A DNA stretch of 63,563 nt, the filler included, from Octopus bimaculoides (Eukaryota), in NCBI RefSeq assembly GCF_001194135.2. It is 6 parts of 6 records of this genome, joined end to end, with 100 filler letters (N's around TTAATTAATTAA, not from the genome) between each part and the next. Parts side by side here need not be neighbours in the genome. Positions count along the whole stretch, not along the records: positions 1 to 27,542 come from NC_068986.1; 5 more parts are not named here. One strand, given 5' to 3'. Shown in pieces: positions 1 to 10,946 of this stretch. The translations under genes were made by a program, and so were the position numbers. Positions within the stretch are counted from its first letter, which is position 1. Each line of letters opens with the position of its first letter. Under the pieces are notes generated by a model. That model did not search any database. It had not been told where the DNA came from and worked only from the letters and a program-made list of their open reading frames with translations.

Positions 1-1150
1 TCAACAGGTCTTCGCAAGTGGAGTTTAGTGTCCAATGAAGGAAGGTACGCATAAGTGGACTGGCTGAGGCCATAGATTTAGGTCTCACTTGGCTTGCCGG
101 GTCTTCTCACGCACAGCATATTTCCAAAGGTCTCGGTCAGAAGTCATCGCCTCGGTGAGGCCCAATGCTCGAAGGTCGTGCCTCACCACCTCATCCCAGG
201 TCTTCCTGGGCCTACCTCTTCCGCAGGTTCCCTCAACTGCTAAGGTGTGGCACTTTTTCACACAGCTATCCTCATCCAATCTCGCTACATGACCATACCA
301 GCGCAATCGTGTCTTGCACACCACAACTGATGCTTCATAAGTTCAACTTTTCTCTCAAGGTACTGATACTCTGTCTAGTATGCACACTGACATTACACAT
401 CCATCGGAGCATACTGGCTTCATTCCTTGCGAGCCTACGCATGTCCTCAGCAGTCACGGCCCATGTTTCACTGCCATGAAGCATGGCTGTTTGTACATCT
501 GCCACATACAAAAACTAACTTCCTAGTTAACCTGCCTTTGATATTGCTGCACCTCTTATGTGTCCATAGCTTGCACCGGGTACATCTTATAGAGTTACTA
601 CCTACTCCTTTTCTACNNNNNNNNNNNNNNNNNNNNNNNNNNNNNNNNNNNNNNNNNNNNNNNNNNNNNNNNNNNNNNNNNNNNNNNNNNNNNNNNNNNN
701 NNNNNNNNNNNNNNNNNNNNNNNNNNNNNNNNNNNNNNNNNNNNNNNNNNNNNNNNNNNNNNNNNNNNNNNNNNNNNNNNNNNNNNNNNNNNNNNNNNNN
801 NNNTGACTCTAAGGCCCTTCAATTCTAGACCTTGCTTCCACACCTGAAACTTCTCTAGTTCTGATAGTGACTCCACAATTAGTGCAAGGTCATCAGCATA
901 GAGGAGCTCCCAGGGGCAACCTGTCTTGAACTCCTCTGTGATTGCCTGGAGGACTATGATAAATAGGAGGGGGCTGAGGATGGAACCTTGGTGGACCCCT
1001 ACCTCTACCCGGAATTCATTGCTGTACTCATTTCCAACCCTCACCTTACTGATAGCATCTCTGTACATGGCTTGCACAGCTCTCACTAACCATTCTTCTA
1101 TCCCAAGTTTCCTCATTGACCACCAGATAAGGGATCGGGGGACCTTACAC
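1..1150 (-). mobile_element. RTE/Bov-B-like non-LTR retrotransposon, 5'-truncated, RT core to 3' end (contains an N gap)
   Basis: Minus-strand translation gives VPRSLIWWSMRKLG, VGVHQGSILSPLLFIIVL, ELLYADDLAL (RT YADD motif) and C-terminal RLRWYGHVARLDEDSCVKKC...GRGRPRKTW, typical of RTE clade ORF2. Confidence 0.9.
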
Positions 1151-1175
1151 CAGCCACACATATATATACATATAT

Positions 1176-1327
1176 ACAACGGGCTTTTTTCAGTTTCCGT
1201 CTACCAAATTCACTCACAAGGCTTTGGTCGGCCCGAGGCTATAGTAGAAGACACTTGCCCAAGGTGCCACACAGTGGAACTGAACCCAGAACCATGTGGT
1301 TGGTAAGCAAGCTACTTACTACACAGC

Positions 1328-1330
<3 letters not shown>
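1176..1330 (-). mobile_element. tRNA-derived SINE, family A (core GGCACCTTGGGCAAGTGTCTTCTACTATAGCCTCGGGCCGACCAAAGCCTTGTGAGTG)
   Basis: Same core recurs at about 3001-3145(-), 5790-5945(+), 5960-6100(+), 6970-7135(+), 41520-41680(+), 48348-48445(-), 59685-59830(+), 62510-62660(-), usually ending in a (TA)n/(TG)n tail. Confidence 0.8.
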
Positions 1331-1380
<50 letters not shown>

Positions 1381-1383
<3 letters not shown>

Positions 1384-2930
1384 CAGGAGTCACTGTTGAG
1401 ATGCTTAAAATATCTGGCAGTGTAGGCTACGGCCCAGTCACCCATATTGTAAACCAAGTGATACATGAAGAAGTCATACCCAATGACTGGTGTAGCAGCA
1501 CCATAGTCAACTGCTACGAAGGTAAAGGTGACGCATTAGATAGGAATAATTATAGAGGTATCAAATTGTTGGATCAAGTAATGAAAGTCACAGAGAGGGT
1601 CATAGCCCAACTAATTAGAGAAAGAGTTAGTTTAGATGAGATGCAATTTGGGTTTGTGCCATGGAAAAGCACCACTGATGCTATATTTCTGGTAAGACAG
1701 CTGCAGGAGAAATTCTAAGCCAAAGATAAACGTATGTACTTGGTTTTTATTGACATGAAAAGCTTTTAACAGGGTCCCCCGCTCTCTTGTATGGTGGTCA
1801 ATGTGGAACTAGGGATGGATGACTAGTTAGTGAGACCTGTACAAGCCATGTACAGGGATGTTGTCAGTAAGGTGAGGGTTGGCAACAAGTACAGTGAAGA
1901 TTCCCGTGTAGAAGTAGGGGTTCACCAAGGATCAGTCTTCAGCTCCCTCTTATTCATCATAGTACTTCAGGCAATAACAGAGGAATTCAAGACAGGATGC
2001 CCCTGAGAACTCCTCTATGCTGATGACCTTGTTCTCATAACTGAGTCACTACCAGAACTAGAGAAGTTTCAGGTGTGAAAGCAAGGTCTAGAATCAAAGG
2101 GCCTTAGAGTCAATCTAGCAAAAACTAAAGTCTTAGTAAGTAAGAAGGCAGACAAATCACAAATGCTTGATATGTAGAAAAGGCATAGGTAGAAACTCCA
2201 TAAGATGTACCCAGTGTAAGCTATGGACATGCAAGAGGTGCAGCAATGTCAAAGGAAGGTTAACTGGGAAGATAGTTTTTTGTGTGTGACAGATGCACAG
2301 AGGCAATAAACACCAAAGATGTACAGAAAACAGATTCCATCACATGCCAAGGGGAGAAACTAGAAGTAGTTAATAGTTTCCATTACCTAGGTGACCAAGT
2401 CAGTAGTGAGGGGTGGATGTTCTGAGAGTGTAGCTGCTAGAATAAGAATAGCTTGTGCAAAGTTCAGAGAGCTCCTACCTCTGTTGGTAACAAAGGGCCT
2501 CTTGCTCAGAGTGAAAGGTAGACTGTATGATACCGGTGTGCGAACGGTCGTGCTGCACAGCAGTGAAACATGGGCTATGACTGCTGAAGACATGCGTAGG
2601 CTTGAAAAAAATGAAGCTAGTATACTCCACTGGATGTGTAATATCAGTGTGCATACGCAACAGAGTGTAAGGGCTCTGAGAGAAAAGTTGGACATAAGAA
2701 ACATCAGATGTGATGTTCAAGAGAGACGGCTGTGCTGATATGGTCGTGTGTTGCATATGGATGAGGACAGCTGTGTCACCCTAACAGTGGAGGGAACCTA
2801 TAGAAGAGGTAGACCCAGGAAGACATGGGATGAGGTGGTGAAGCACAACCTTCAAACACTGGGCCTCACAGAGGCAATGACAAGCGACTGAGACCTTTGG
2901 AGATATGCTGTGCTTGAGAAGAGTAAGACA
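1381..2930 (+). mobile_element. RTE/Bov-B-like LINE, 5'-truncated, degenerate ORF2
   Basis: GVTVEMLK...NDWCSSTIVNCYEGKGDALDRNNYRGIKLLDQVMKV...QFGFVP.KSTTDAIFLVRQLQEKF, CTCTATGCTGATGAC (YADD), SVAARIRIACAKFRELLPLL, QERRL; many stops and frameshifts. Confidence 0.92.
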
Positions 2931-3000
2931 TTGTTCTAAGTGAAACTCATAAATAATTATCACGTCAAGATAAGGAGACACAAAAACATACATATATAAG

Positions 3001-3145
3001 AGGCTTCTTTCAGTTTCCATCTACCAAATATACTCGCAAGATTTTGGTTGACTTGGAGCTATAGTAGAAGGCACTTGCCCAAGGTGCCACACTGTAGGAC
3101 TGAACTCAAAACCATGTAGTTTGGAAACAAACTTGTTAACCATCA
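3001..3145 (-). mobile_element. SINE family A copy
   Basis: Reverse complement of the family A core, similar to 1176-1330. Confidence 0.7.
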
Positions 3146-3606
3146 ACTATTCTACCAATACAAGCACTTCATTATAGTTAATTAACTAATTAATTACAAA
3201 TGCATGTTTTTATTAAGAATGGTATGATGCACCCAAAGCGGAAAAATATCTGTTTCAACACACAATTTCACATCAAGAATCTGGTAAAACCAACACAAAA
3301 ATGTAATAAATTTATCTTATACTGCAGAAATTATAAAACGACTTACTTTTACGGATGATATTCTGTAATCGAGGATTATCAGGGTTTTGTTCTCTGTGGA
3401 GATAGAAGCAAATGGAGCAGTGTTAAAATAACAATGAATGAAAAGCAAAATGGTTATAGGGCTAAAGTGCTGGATTAGTGACCACATGGTCTTAAGTTCA
3501 GATCTTACAATGGTTACTGTTTTGTTTGCTTTTTTCCTTATGAACTGGCCAAAGGTGGAAGGTCAGCACCCTTGACTCTTTACAGAGCCTCCAAATTTGG
3601 TAAAAA

Positions 3607-3836
3607 TGACTCTTTAGCATTTAGATTATTCTGTCAAATACAATGCTTATTTATTCACATTATTTTGTATTAATCTTGTATTATCTTGAAACTTAAAGAT
3701 TTTAATGATGTGATCATTTATTAATTTTAGAATGACATTGTATGATAGTTGTAAGAGACCAGATATGGTGATTTTGAACATAAAACAGGTAGAATATTTG
3801 AGCTAGATACGGTCAGTTTAAATGCTAAAGGGATAA
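3607..3836. mobile_element. piggyBac-type MITE (~230 bp), decayed
   Basis: Terminal inverted repeats (TGAC)TCTTTAGCATTTA and TAAATGCTAAAGGG(ATAA), consistent with decayed TTAA-CCCTTTAGCATT ends. Confidence 0.6.
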
Positions 3837-4249
3837 GGAGGGAACAATCTTGTAACCACTTGTATTTCCAGACAATGTATCCAGGACGGCATTATCCAAA
3901 GTCCTCAGTCTATTAAATAAGGCATGCTTTGAGGTGAATTTTATTGTTATTTCAAGCATTATTTAAAACTTCCTGAATAAAAAAAGCAAAACCTTGTAGC
4001 AATTGTTAGTGAACTCAAAGAAGAAGGAAGATAATTTCAAATATTAAGAAATAATTTCACAAAATTAATCTGTATGTCATGGGGGAAAATTCTGATCTTG
4101 ATTACAGAGCAAAGGGAAATAACTCAAATGAGCTAATAGCATGAATTTAGATAATTTTTGAAAGTCATAAAAGACTGAATGATGTATACAAAAAATTTTC
4201 AAAGAATTTAAATTAGTCTCTTATTTCATGAAAAAACTGAAACCAATTG

Positions 4250-4842
4250 ATTACTTACAGGGTCACCATATTTCATTATGCAGCCATGATAGACTATAAA
4301 GTATATTAAATGCTTTATTAGTCAATTCTGTGTCCTATTGTGTTACCAGTGCACTTTACATTACTTGTTAGGGTCATCTCTACAAATTATCTACGGCAAT
4401 TATAGCCAGCACTGATTTGTTACAATATTTCATATCTGAATATATCTAATGTAAACAACAATGTGATCGAAGATGGAGAAATAGGTAATGAGTGTATATG
4501 CATATTTCAGGAGTTCTGGCTCCTTCTTCAGCACCACATCCAACTTATCAACCATCCACAAACTCATTGCTTAACACTATTGAGTATACCGATTTCACAT
4601 ATTAAACACATTACAGGCAGCTGGTACGTACATACAAATTACTTGTAAGAACACTGTATTTCATTATGCAACCATGATACACTACAAGTATATCAAACAC
4701 TTTATAAGTCAATACTGTGTCCTACTGTGTTAACAGTGCTATTAAATCACATATTGAGGTTATCTCTATTTTTCCATCTTCAATCACATTGTTTACATTA
4801 GATGTATTCGGATCCAAAACATCATAACAAATCAGTACTATG
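4250..4842 (-). mobile_element. Non-coding HHR-bearing repeat: ~387-nt monomer, 1.3 tandem copies plus an inverted 5' piece (retrozyme/Penelope-pLTR-like)
   Basis: Direct repeat 4250-4382 vs 4637-4768 (offset 387); 4760-4842 is the reverse complement of about 4408-4490; one HHR per monomer; homologous partial copy at 15680-15925. Confidence 0.7.
4487..4540 (-). ncRNA. Type I hammerhead ribozyme (minimal/dimeric type)
   Basis: Minus strand GATGTGGTG-CTGAAGA-AGGAG-CCAGAA-CTCCT-GAAA-TATGCATA-TA-CACTCATT: both core boxes, 5-bp stem II, palindromic stem III (ATATGCATAT), AUA cleavage triplet, stem I GGTG/CACT plus GATG/CATT. Confidence 0.8.
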
Positions 4843-4844
4843 AA

Positions 4845-5055
4845 TGTGTTTGTTGACCACCACCAATTGACAACCAGTGTTGGTGTGTTTACATCCCCAC
4901 AATTTTGCAGTTTGGCAAAAGAGACTGACAGAATAAGTACCAGGCTTTACAAAAAAAAATTATAAGTACAGGGATTGATATGTTTGACTAAAATTCTTCA
5001 AGGTGTGCTCCAGCATGGCTGCAGTCTAATGACCGAAACAAGTAAAAGGTAAAAG
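4845..5055 (-). mobile_element. SINE-like repeat family B (GGTGCTCCAGCATGGCCGCAGTC...TGACTGAAACAAGTAAAAGA)
   Basis: Related copies at about 39940-40020, 41740-41890, 43835-44005, 48125-48300, 61290-61340, 62410-62500. Confidence 0.7.
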
Positions 5056-6814
5056 GATACATATATACATATCATATACATGAAGATAGATGTACTACAG
5101 TTATTTATTTTCACACAAAATACGATACCTATAAGTCATTGTAAAGTCCTAGTAGTTGGGAGCGCAGTGTTGAGAAGGGTTGCTTGGCCTGTTAGAAAGA
5201 GTAGCCAATTTTCCTTAAAACAATACCCCATTGTTTAATCACACTGGATAATATAATCCTGGGTTCCCTGCACTTAAGAAAAAGGTAGGATAGTCACAGT
5301 TGGATGTTTCTGATTATAGGTCTACTCAACCAAGGTTGGCCTTGGGTTAAATGACAACAACATAGACATCCTAGACTGCATTTAAAAAATGGTTAGATGA
5401 CTAATAGGCATGTAGGTACTCAGTTACACACTCCAACCTCTTCCTTTTCTAGCACTACTACAATGGACCCCATGTCTTAGAGCTGGCTTGTCCTGTATCA
5501 CCTCTATTAAGGCCTGCTTGATTCACCTTTTTGTTCCCCATATTATTTTACTCTACTCCCTCAAGGCTCATACTAACAATTTACATCAATTCTATCTCCC
5601 CAAAGCATCCCTTCTACAGCTGCCAATTTGCACATGGTTAGGAAGAACATCAACTACATCTAATTCAACCTGCCTTTTCACATACCAACACAGATCAGTA
5701 TAGGCAAAGAGGCTGTCTCATGGCTTTTACTGTCTCTCTCTAGGCAGTAGGGAACATAAATATTGTTTATTAAATATAGATATGGGGCAGGCATGGTGAT
5801 GCAGAAACAAACTTGGCTTTGTTACCACACAGTCTTGAATTCTATTTCACTTTGTGGCACCCAGGACAAGTGTCTTCTACAGTAGCCTCAGGCCAACTAA
5901 TATCTTGTGAATCAAATTAGTAGATGGAAACTTCATGGAAACCTGTCGTGGTTATGTAATTAAGAAGTTTGCTTCCAAACTATGTGGTTTTGAGTTCAGT
6001 CCTACTACATGGCACCTTGAGCAAGTGTCTTCTACTATAGTGCTAGGCTGATCAAAGCCAAGCCTTGTGAGTGAATTTGGTACAAAGAAAATGAAAGAAA
6101 CTAACTATATGTGTGTACATGTGCATGCAAACATGTGATTGTACATACGTGTGTGCATGTGCATGTGTGTGTGTGCATACATGTGTTTGTGCCTCCTCAT
6201 CTAGACATCAGGTAATAGTTGTAAATGAGTACCACTGTCATACAAGTGGTGTCATTCATTTTCAGTTTTCCATGAAAACATGTCATTATGAGAAAACATT
6301 ACCTTACTTAAAAACGAGTGGCAATCTGAAGGCCACTAGGTCATAAAAACTTTATTTCAATGAATTCTGCTTGACCCATGCATGTACAGAAAAGTGGATG
6401 TTAAAACAATGATGATGATGATGCGTGTATGTTTTGTGTGTGTGTATGTGTGTATGCATGTGTGTATCTGCGTGTGTGTGTGCGTGCGTGCGTGTGTGTG
6501 TGAATGTTTACATTCCACATTCATGAAAAATGCTCAAGACAGTAACATATACTGACATTCCCTACTAACAAATTATCTTGTAGCTCTACACTTTCACAGA
6601 AGAATGAAATATAAAACTTATTACTTGAAAAACAGTTAAGACTTAGTGACAGGAAGGGCATCAAACTATAAAACAATACTCAATACATTTTCATACAATC
6701 CATGCTAACATGGAAAACATGTAAAAATGAACAAATTATATACATCTGGTTGCTGGCCTATAGGACCATAAGCCTTATTACTTTATAAGACATACATACA
6801 TACATACACATTTG

Positions 6815-6990
6815 TTTTGAAGGGCCTATTAAGATAATATGCACCAACTCTTCCTCTAGACCAAACTGTTAAAAATGATCCTTAAGTATTCTATCTCATA
6901 ACAAGCCACGTTAACACTTTTACTGTGCACAGCAAATAAATGTTTTTTATGCATAACTTATTCACATAAGTGCAGACATGTCCTTGAGGT
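6815..6990. repeat. 176-bp direct repeat, copy 1
   Basis: Aligns to 8467-8642 with about 4 substitutions. Confidence 0.9.
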
Positions 6991-7589
6991 TAAGAAATTC
7001 ACTTCACAGCAGTGTGGTTTGGGATTCAGTTTAACAACATGGCACTATAGACAGGTGTCGTTTACTATAGACTCAGGCTGACCAGGCCCTTATGAGTGGA
7101 TTTAGTAAACAGAAACTAAAAGAAGGCCTTCATGAACGTGTGTGTATGTGTATGTATGTATGTTTGTTTATATGCGTAATCACTTATATGGAAGTTGAGA
7201 TGGCCAGTTTTGTTGACAGTCTTCCAGTCAATAAATGATTTACTTGCTTGCCTTTAGAGTGGAATAAAGAGGTCTCCGACTTGAATTACCAAAAAGAAGG
7301 GTGTCCAGCTGCAAAATGGTGCCTTAATAACATATGCATCAAAGCCTTGCAAGCATGGAGAACAGGTGTAAAACAAAAGAACTTTCTTGTTACAGCAGAT
7401 GATTAAACCAATAAGGAGTAAGAAGACTGGCTAAAGAGTCATCAGCTGATATCTCACCACTTGTGAATCATTGTGTGTGACAGTCTCCTGACTCCCAATA
7501 GCCTACCAATGAGGTTGGTGACTTGTGCCCTTCTGAGGGGTTAAGTGTAACCCTCTGAATGAAGTACACCAGTTGAGGAAAAAGCTGGC

Positions 7590-8050
7590 ATGGATTGGAC
7601 GGTTTGACAGGAGCTGACCAGCCAAGGAGCTGTCCAGACTCCGTCTATTGTGGCATGGTTTCTACAACTGGATGCCCTTCCTAATGCCAACCATTTACAG
7701 AGTGTGCTGGGTGCTTTTTATGTGCCACCAGCATGGGTACATTTATGCAGCACCAGCACGAGTGCATTTTATGTGGCACAAGCACCTGTAAAGGAAAAGC
7801 CTGGATGTATGGATGACAGCAATTTTACTTAGCGTGACACGTCTTCTCAAGTACAGCAAATCACCACAACTCCTGGCTCCTTGTCATTTCCTCAGTGAGG
7901 CCCAACATCCGAAGACCCCTTCTTACCACTTTGTCCGTCTTCCTGGGTCTACCCCTTCCACAGGTTCCCTCCAAAATTTGAGCTCAGCACTTCTCTATGC
8001 AGCTGTCCTCATTCATACACATCACATGACCAAACCAGCACAGTCTTTTT
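7590..8050 (-). mobile_element. RTE 3' end plus its associated short 3'-tail repeat (GGAAGGGCATCCAGCTGTAGAAAC...CCATGCCAGC...(GAT)n)
   Basis: Tail motif recurs at about 10770-10946/12317-12385, 14150-14370, 15530-15680, 19580-19740, 22455-22745, 26030-26195; 7830-8050 matches RTE C-terminal coding sequence. Confidence 0.7.
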
Positions 8051-8466
8051 TTTAAGTGGCAGAGAGGATGCTTATTCTGAGACTCCAACATTTTTTTTGT
8101 TTCTTACATTATTAGAGCTTTTATGAATTATTTTCTGTAAAGTTTAGTAGTATAAAATTTTTTTGAAATGTTGCTTTGCCAAATGGTAGTTAACTTCACT
8201 GTGGCCTTCCAATGTAAAAGATTTCTTAACTTTTGTACTAACAATTGAGAATAATAGTTCATTGGTGGAAGTAGTGGCAACACTGCATAAATGAGGAATG
8301 TTCCATTACCTTGTAGGGTTGACACCTAAATCTCCTTTGGGAAACTTACTTTACATTTTGCTTAATGCCTGGGAAACTAAAGGTCTTGTCCAAACCTCTT
8401 TACTTGCACTGAATTCTCTTCTGCATACCATCCATACTGTGCCTGACTCCAACAAACACCCTACCA

Positions 8467-8642
8467 TTTTGGAGGGCCTATTAAGATAATATGCACCAAC
8501 TCTTCCTCTAGACCAAACTGTTAAAAATGATCTTTAAGTATTCTATCTCATAACAAGCCACGTTAACACTTTTACTGTGCACAGCAAATAAATGTTTTTT
8601 ATGTATAACTTATTCACATAAGTGCAGACGTGTCCTTGAGGT
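8467..8642. repeat. 176-bp direct repeat, copy 2
   Basis: Near-identical to 6815-6990. Confidence 0.9.
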
Positions 8643-8859
8643 AAACCAAGGAAAACCATCATTTTTTACTGGCTTAGAGGAGGAAAGACATCACCCAAGA
8701 ATGGTGGGAGAAATAAAGTTAACCTCAGACCAGAGACCCAGCTCAAATGATTGCAACAGAATTAACTCCACTAAAGACACCAAAAAGCTAGTTGGTGTTG
8801 TTGAACTGGGTAAAGTATTAAGCCTATAACTCAATTTCTTTGAGACATTGAACATTCAA

Positions 8860-9190
8860 CTACCTCAACCCTCCCAATGTAAACAGGACTTGCAAGAGGT
8901 ATGAACTACTGCCCTATCTTTCTCACACTAAATAATAAAAGTGCTATTAATCTAAAAGGTAAGACTAAAACACACCAGTCTCTCAAAGTAAAATGAGAAA
9001 TCTCAAGTACCACAAAAGAAGTTCTGATTTCAAAACAATGAAACTAAAAGTTACACACCTCAGTCAATCTAAAAAGGTTTTACATCTCCAAAGGAAAGAT
9101 TATTTAGATAAAGTTGGATATTATAGCACAGTTAATGAGTCTGAAAACCCAGGCATTTGCATAAATATTTGGAATGAATTTTATACCTGA
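8860..9190 (+). mobile_element. Possible decayed Penelope-like RT N-terminal region
   Basis: Translated scraps GLARGMNYCP (cf. LxKGLxFxP) and KVLHLQRKDYLDKV (cf. ADKGxxxVILxRxDYxxK); weak, motif memory only. Confidence 0.3.
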
Positions 9191-10099
9191 ATGCAGTTCT
9201 TAAAACTTAACCAGTCAACCACAAAAATGACGATGGTTGCTATATTTTGCTTAATGCCTGGGAAACTAAATGAAATCAACTGAAGCAATGAAAGCAATTT
9301 ATGTCAGACAGAAAACAAAAAGCAAAGCGCCTACATAAAGTAACTTATCAAATACTTAATACAGAAGTATTAGAAGTCGGTATGTTACAATATAAATTAA
9401 AGAAGGTAGGTTGTTAGAATTAATAGAGCATCAGATAAAATACCCAATAACATTTAGATATATCCCATTACATTCTAAGTTTAAATACGAGTGTGGTTAA
9501 ACTTTGCCTTTTATCCTTCAAAAGATGATTAAATGAAGAAATGGGGACAATACGCTCAACCATTACCTTCCTTTTAAATTCATGTGTGTGTGTCTTTGTG
9601 CAAGATCTGCTTGTTTTTATTGATATGACTGAGATGATTTGTTCCTGCTGATATGGAGCTTTGTTTGGCATTGGAGACTTATTGCCAATTAGCTAGGTCT
9701 CAAAGAAACTGTTCCCTACCTCAAGGAGACTGGTGATAATAGACAGAATTTGAACTTACAATCTAAAGTGCCAGATATTGCAAGGCATCTCAGTCAACAC
9801 TCTGACAATTTCACCAATCCACTGCTTGGAGTGGCACTTTATCAACCCCAAAAGGATGAAAAGCCAACTTGATACTAGAGGGATTTGAACTCAGAGTGTA
9901 GACAGCTAAAGCAAATGTTACAAGACATTCTACCTGACGCTATAATAACTCAACCAATTTACTGCCCAAGTTATAAATCAATATTTGAATATAAACTTTG
10001 GAAGTACTACATTATATAACACTTCCATGCAGAGCTCTTCACTTCTTACATACATTAAAAAATATATTTTGAGTGCATTAAAAATATAATTGTTTAGGG

Positions 10100-10946
10100 T
10101 TGACTTCCATCACCTTGGTGACCAAGTTAGCAGTGAAGGAGGAAGTTCTGAAAGTATAGTTGCTAGAATAAGAATAGCCTGGGCAAAGTTCAGAGAGCTA
10201 CTACCTTTGTTAGTAACACAGGACTACTCTCACTTAGAGTGAAAAGCAGATTGTATGCTGTCTGTGTATTTACAGCTATACTGTATAGCTGTGAAACATG
10301 AGCTATGACTACAGAGGACACATGAAGGCTTGAAAGAAATGAAGCCAGCATGCTATGCTGGATGGGTAAAATTAGTGTGCATGTACAACAGAGTGCAAAT
10401 GATTTAAGAGAAAAATTGGGTATAAATAACATCACATGTTGCATGCAAGAAAAAAGACTGCACTGGTATGGTCATGTAATGCATATGGATGAGGACAGCT
10501 GCATAAACAAGTGCCAATCTCTAATTGTGGAGGGAACTTGTGAAAGGATAGACCCAGGAAGAGGTGGGATGAAGTGGTGAGAAAGGATCTTCAGACACTG
10601 GGCCTCACTGAGAAGATGACAAGTGAAGGCAACTTCTGGCAATTTGCTGTGCTTGAGAAGACATGCCAAACTAAGTGAAATCACAGCCATGCATGCAATA
10701 CAAGCATGTCCTTTATGGTCATGCACACCACTCTTTCTCTCAGTCAAGAGGTGTTTGTCTTGCAGATACTGGTGCCACATGAAAAGCAGCTATGACAGGG
10801 CGATGTAGAAAGTACCCATGGTGGTGCTGCATAAAAAGCACCCAGTACACTCTGTGAAGTGATTGGCATTAGGAAGGACGTCCAGCATTAGAAACCATGC
10901 CAAAACAGACAATTGGAGCCTGGTGCAGTTCTCTGGTGGGCCAGCT
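10100..10946 (+). mobile_element. RTE 3' fragment with 3'-tail repeat, interrupted at 10947
   Basis: LGDQVSSEGG...ARIRIAWAKFRELLPLL, QEKRLHWYGHVMHMDEDSC; the tail repeat resumes at 12317. Confidence 0.8.

Noticed and set aside
1-2930. Twin-priming 5' inversion of one RTE
   Set aside because: Both copies contain the same RT-to-3' region, which twin priming does not produce
5480-5710. Possible Penelope RT remnant (also Penelope-like scraps at about 13400-13550, 22040-22450, 25560-25900)
   Set aside because: Resemblance too weak to support without a profile search
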